Source: Patescibacteria group bacterium (lineage in GTDB: Bacteria > Patescibacteriota > Patescibacteriia > JACRDY01). From it: 64,000 bases of DNA. A program made the translations under genes and the position numbers. The stretch is from positions 173,011 through 237,010 of the forward strand of contig JBAZFH010000002.1 of assembly GCA_041653535.1 (NCBI GenBank), read 5' to 3'. The notes below the pieces were generated by a model that saw only the letters and a list, made by a program, of their open reading frames with translations, had not been told where the DNA came from and searched no databases. Below are positions 61,579 through 64,000 of this stretch, in pieces (within the stretch, counting starts at the first letter, position 1; the number at the start of each line of letters is the position of its first letter).

Positions 61579-62904
61579 ATGGAAGCTAGGCGTTTTAGAT
61601 TTTATTTACTGGTTATTTTATTAATAATAGCGATTGTTCGTTATTATTTATGGTTGCCGCAAAATGAGCCACGACAAGTGATTTATTACAATGGTCAAAA
61701 GCTTGATTTTAAAGCATTAGTGGTGGACGACCCCAAATACAACATTGACTCCGGTAAATTGGTCGTACAGCCAGAAAATTTGAAAGGAAAGGTTTTGGTT
61801 ACAACAGAACTTTACCCTAGATATTATTATGGTGATTTATTACAGATTAGCTGTCGTCTTGTCGCGCCAAAAGCCAAGGAGGGCTTTGCTTACGATAAAT
61901 ATTTGGCTAAGTCCGATATTTATTCTATTTGTTATCAGCCCAAAATAAACATCGTTGCCCGTGGTCAGGGCAGCAGCATCAAGCAGGCAATTTTTGCTTT
62001 TAAACAAAAGGCAATAAGGGTAATTGATCGGCAATTGCCGTCGCCGACTTCGGCGCTACTGACCGCTATTATTTTTGGTGATACTGGTAAAATACCCGCG
62101 GCGCTGGCTGATAATTTTTCTCGAACCGGAACAACGCATATTATGGCCGTATCAGGAATGAATATTACTTTATTGGTGGCGATTATGCTTAATTTTTTGG
62201 TGGCGGTCGGTCTGCGGCGTAAAACCGCTTATTATTTTATAGTTGTATTTTTATCAACTTTTGTTTTTTTGATTGGCGCGCCGGCTTCAGCGGTACGGGC
62301 GTTGATAATGGGTATACTGTGGCTGACCGCGGCGCAAATCGGGAGAATTAACAACTCCGGTTGGGCACTTACTTTAGCCGGCGCGGTGATGCTGGCGCTT
62401 AACCCGATGTTATTATTTTACGACGCTGGTTTTCAATTATCTTTTTTATCAATGTGGGGGCTGGGTAAATTTGGTGATCTGGTAAATAGATTTTTGGAAA
62501 AAGCAAAAATACCATCGGCTTTCGCTATCCGCGAGTCTCTTGCCTCTACTATCGCCGCGCAGATTGGCACTTTACCTCTCATGGTTTATAGTTTTCACAG
62601 TATTTCTATTATTTCACTGTTAGTAAACGTTTTAGTTTTGCCAGTAATACCAGTGGTGATGATTACCGGGTTGATTTTAGTTACTCTAGGCTTGGCGATT
62701 AAGGTATCGTTAATATTTTTATCATGGTTCGTATATTTATTTTTGTACTACATGGTCGGCATAATTAATTTTTTTGGAAAAGTGGATTTTGCGGCTTTAA
62801 ACATCAATATTGGCTTGTGGTCGGTCGTGGTTTACTATTTGTTGTTATTAGTAGCGCTTTATTGGAAGAAAGTAATTTTATGCTACCAAAGATTAAAAAA
62901 ATAA
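61579..62904 (+). CDS. comEC: ComEC/Rec2 DNA-uptake channel, N-terminal and membrane part
   Basis: 441 aa. DUF4131-like OB region, then the competence domain (TGTTHIMAVSGMNITLL). Confidence 0.8.
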   Translation: MEARRFRFYLLVILLIIAIVRYYLWLPQNEPRQVIYYNGQKLDFKALVVDDPKYNIDSGKLVVQPENLKGKVLVTTELYPRYYYGDLLQISCRLVAPKAKEGFAYDKYLAKSDIYSICYQPKINIVARGQGSSIKQAIFAFKQKAIRVIDRQLPSPTSALLTAIIFGDTGKIPAALADNFSRTGTTHIMAVSGMNITLLVAIMLNFLVAVGLRRKTAYYFIVVFLSTFVFLIGAPASAVRALIMGILWLTAAQIGRINNSGWALTLAGAVMLALNPMLLFYDAGFQLSFLSMWGLGKFGDLVNRFLEKAKIPSAFAIRESLASTIAAQIGTLPLMVYSFHSISIISLLVNVLVLPVIPVVMITGLILVTLGLAIKVSLIFLSWFVYLFLYYMVGIINFFGKVDFAALNINIGLWSVVVYYLLLLVALYWKKVILCYQRLKK

Positions 62905-63749
62905 TTTTGTGGTTAGTGTTGCTCGAGATGGTTTTAGTTGTACTATTTTTTTTATCTTTTCGTTTTGGTTGGTCAAGTAAAAAAATAGAAGTGGTTTTTT
63001 GTGACGTCGGTCAAGGCGACGCAATGCTAATAAAAACTTTTACCGGTCAAGACGTTCTTATTGACGGTGGACCAGGGGATGCGGTTTTGAGCTGCCTTGG
63101 TAATCATTTGCCGTTTTATGACCGTAGTCTGGATTTGGTAATACTCACACATCCGCATCAAGACCATCTGGGTGGGCTAGTCGCAGTTTTGGATAAATAT
63201 AGCGTTAATAGTATTATTGCTAGCGGTCTTGATATTGCCGTAGGTAATGCAACGGGTAAGGAACTAGGGCAAAAGATAAAGGAGAAAAATATTAAAACCA
63301 CTAGTGCTGTCGCTGGTCAGGTGGTTGATTTTGGACAAGGAATAAAGATGGAAATATTATTTCCCTTAAGTAAAAAAAATGACTCCAAAAAAGATTTGAA
63401 TGATATTTCTATAGTTAGCCGTCTGGTTTATAAAGATAATGAATTTTTATTTATGGGCGACGCCGGGATTGAGACGGAAGAAGTGATTTTGTTAAGCAAT
63501 AAAAATGTATCAAGTGACGTTTTAAAAGTTGGTCATCATGGCAGTTTTTATTCCAGTAGTGAAAATTTTTTGCAGGCAGTTTTACCAAAAGTAGCAGTTA
63601 TTTCCGTCGGTGAAAACAACAAGTTTGGTCATCCGTCTAATTTAGTCGTCAAGAGATTGGAAAGACGCGGGGTCAGGATTTTTCGTACCGACCAAGACGG
63701 CGATATTGTATTGATAAGCGATGGGGTAAAAATTTATGACAAAAATTAA
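62880..63749 (+). CDS. ComEC-type metallo-beta-lactamase-fold domain protein (separate ORF)
   Basis: Start at ATG 62880, a 25-nt overlap with the upstream ORF. A TM helix, then FCDVGQGDAMLI, THPHQDHLGG and VGHHGS. Confidence 0.8.
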   Translation: MLPKIKKIILWLVLLEMVLVVLFFLSFRFGWSSKKIEVVFCDVGQGDAMLIKTFTGQDVLIDGGPGDAVLSCLGNHLPFYDRSLDLVILTHPHQDHLGGLVAVLDKYSVNSIIASGLDIAVGNATGKELGQKIKEKNIKTTSAVAGQVVDFGQGIKMEILFPLSKKNDSKKDLNDISIVSRLVYKDNEFLFMGDAGIETEEVILLSNKNVSSDVLKVGHHGSFYSSSENFLQAVLPKVAVISVGENNKFGHPSNLVVKRLERRGVRIFRTDQDGDIVLISDGVKIYDKN

Positions 63750-63874
63750 AAGCGAGAAAGAAAATTAGACCATTTGTTGTCACATTAATTATATCGCCGT
63801 CAGTTTTTATTTTGTAACGATTATTCGTGTTGGTCCGTTTTTGGTGTGGTAGCAGGCGGTAATGTCCTGTCGCC

Positions 63875-63902
63875 TTGCCAAAAGGACGTATTTTGCTATA
63901 AT
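63875..63902 (+). promoter_or_regulatory. Putative promoter for ndk (TTGCCA-16 nt-TGcTATAAT)
   Basis: TTGCCA at 63875-80. Extended -10 with TG at 63894-95 and TATAAT at 63897-902. 33 nt upstream of the ATG. Confidence 0.5.
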
Positions 63903-63935
63903 AGAGCCAATAATTTTTTAAAAAGAAAAATCATA

Positions 63936-64000
63936 TGGAACACCCAAAAGAGGAAAAAACCCTGGTTATCATTAAACCAGACGGAGTACAAAGAACATTG
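63936..64000 (+). CDS. ndk: Nucleoside-diphosphate kinase, N-terminal fragment (runs off window)
   Basis: MEHPKEEKTLVIIKPDGVQRTL is the canonical Ndk start. Confidence 0.8.

Noticed and set aside
1-64000. Alternative genetic code (UGA recoding, as in some candidate phyla)
   Set aside because: TGA terminates ORFs at sensible, domain-complete ends (for example 10250, 13879, 34424, 44218). No conserved protein appears to need read-through.

Overview
This is a 64-kb, AT-leaning bacterial window that resembles a reduced-genome Patescibacteria/CPR-type organism; that taxon call is inference only. Coding density is high and no rRNA, tRNA or CRISPR array was seen by eye. Every gene from 7.4 kb to the end is on the + strand.

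Layout:
- 1-7.2 kb: housekeeping genes (rny fragment, ymdB, hup, clpP, nrnA-like, rbfA, infB, trxA, a TrmB-like regulator).
- 7.25-11.03 kb: a GC-richer block whose genes carry canonical AGGAGG Shine-Dalgarno sites. None of the roughly 50 other genes in the window do. It encodes an amidohydrolase, a split CoaB-like/CoaC-like pair and four small Cys-rich or membrane proteins, and it sits between trxA and trxB.
- 11.2-22.4 kb: trxB, gdh, rnhB, leuS, an NDP-sugar nucleotidyltransferase, apt, a methyltransferase, mtnP.
- 22.5-60.4 kb: one co-directional 32-gene glycan/envelope cluster. It has 3 GT2 and 4 GT4 proteins, 3 giant GT-C-like membrane proteins, a flippase, 4 SDR sugar-nucleotide enzymes, 5 radical-SAM enzymes (3 B12-type, 2 SPASM-type) and 6 methyltransferases.
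- 60.5-64 kb: a secreted FN3/Gly-Tyr-repeat protein, a split ComEC, and the start of ndk.

The most unusual object is leuS. It is a single 1154-codon frame (E. coli LeuRS is 860 aa) carrying two in-frame, AT-richer insertions:
- A RAYT/IS200-like HUH tyrosine-transposase domain with perfect palindromes on both sides that share an 18-nt core.
- A complete YdeN/RBBP9-like alpha/beta serine-hydrolase domain.

Several 5' leaders (trmB-like, trxB, gdh, rnhB) consist of unique short-period, G-free repeats or long inverted repeats that abut the start codon. All family assignments rest on motif reading by eye. No searches were run.
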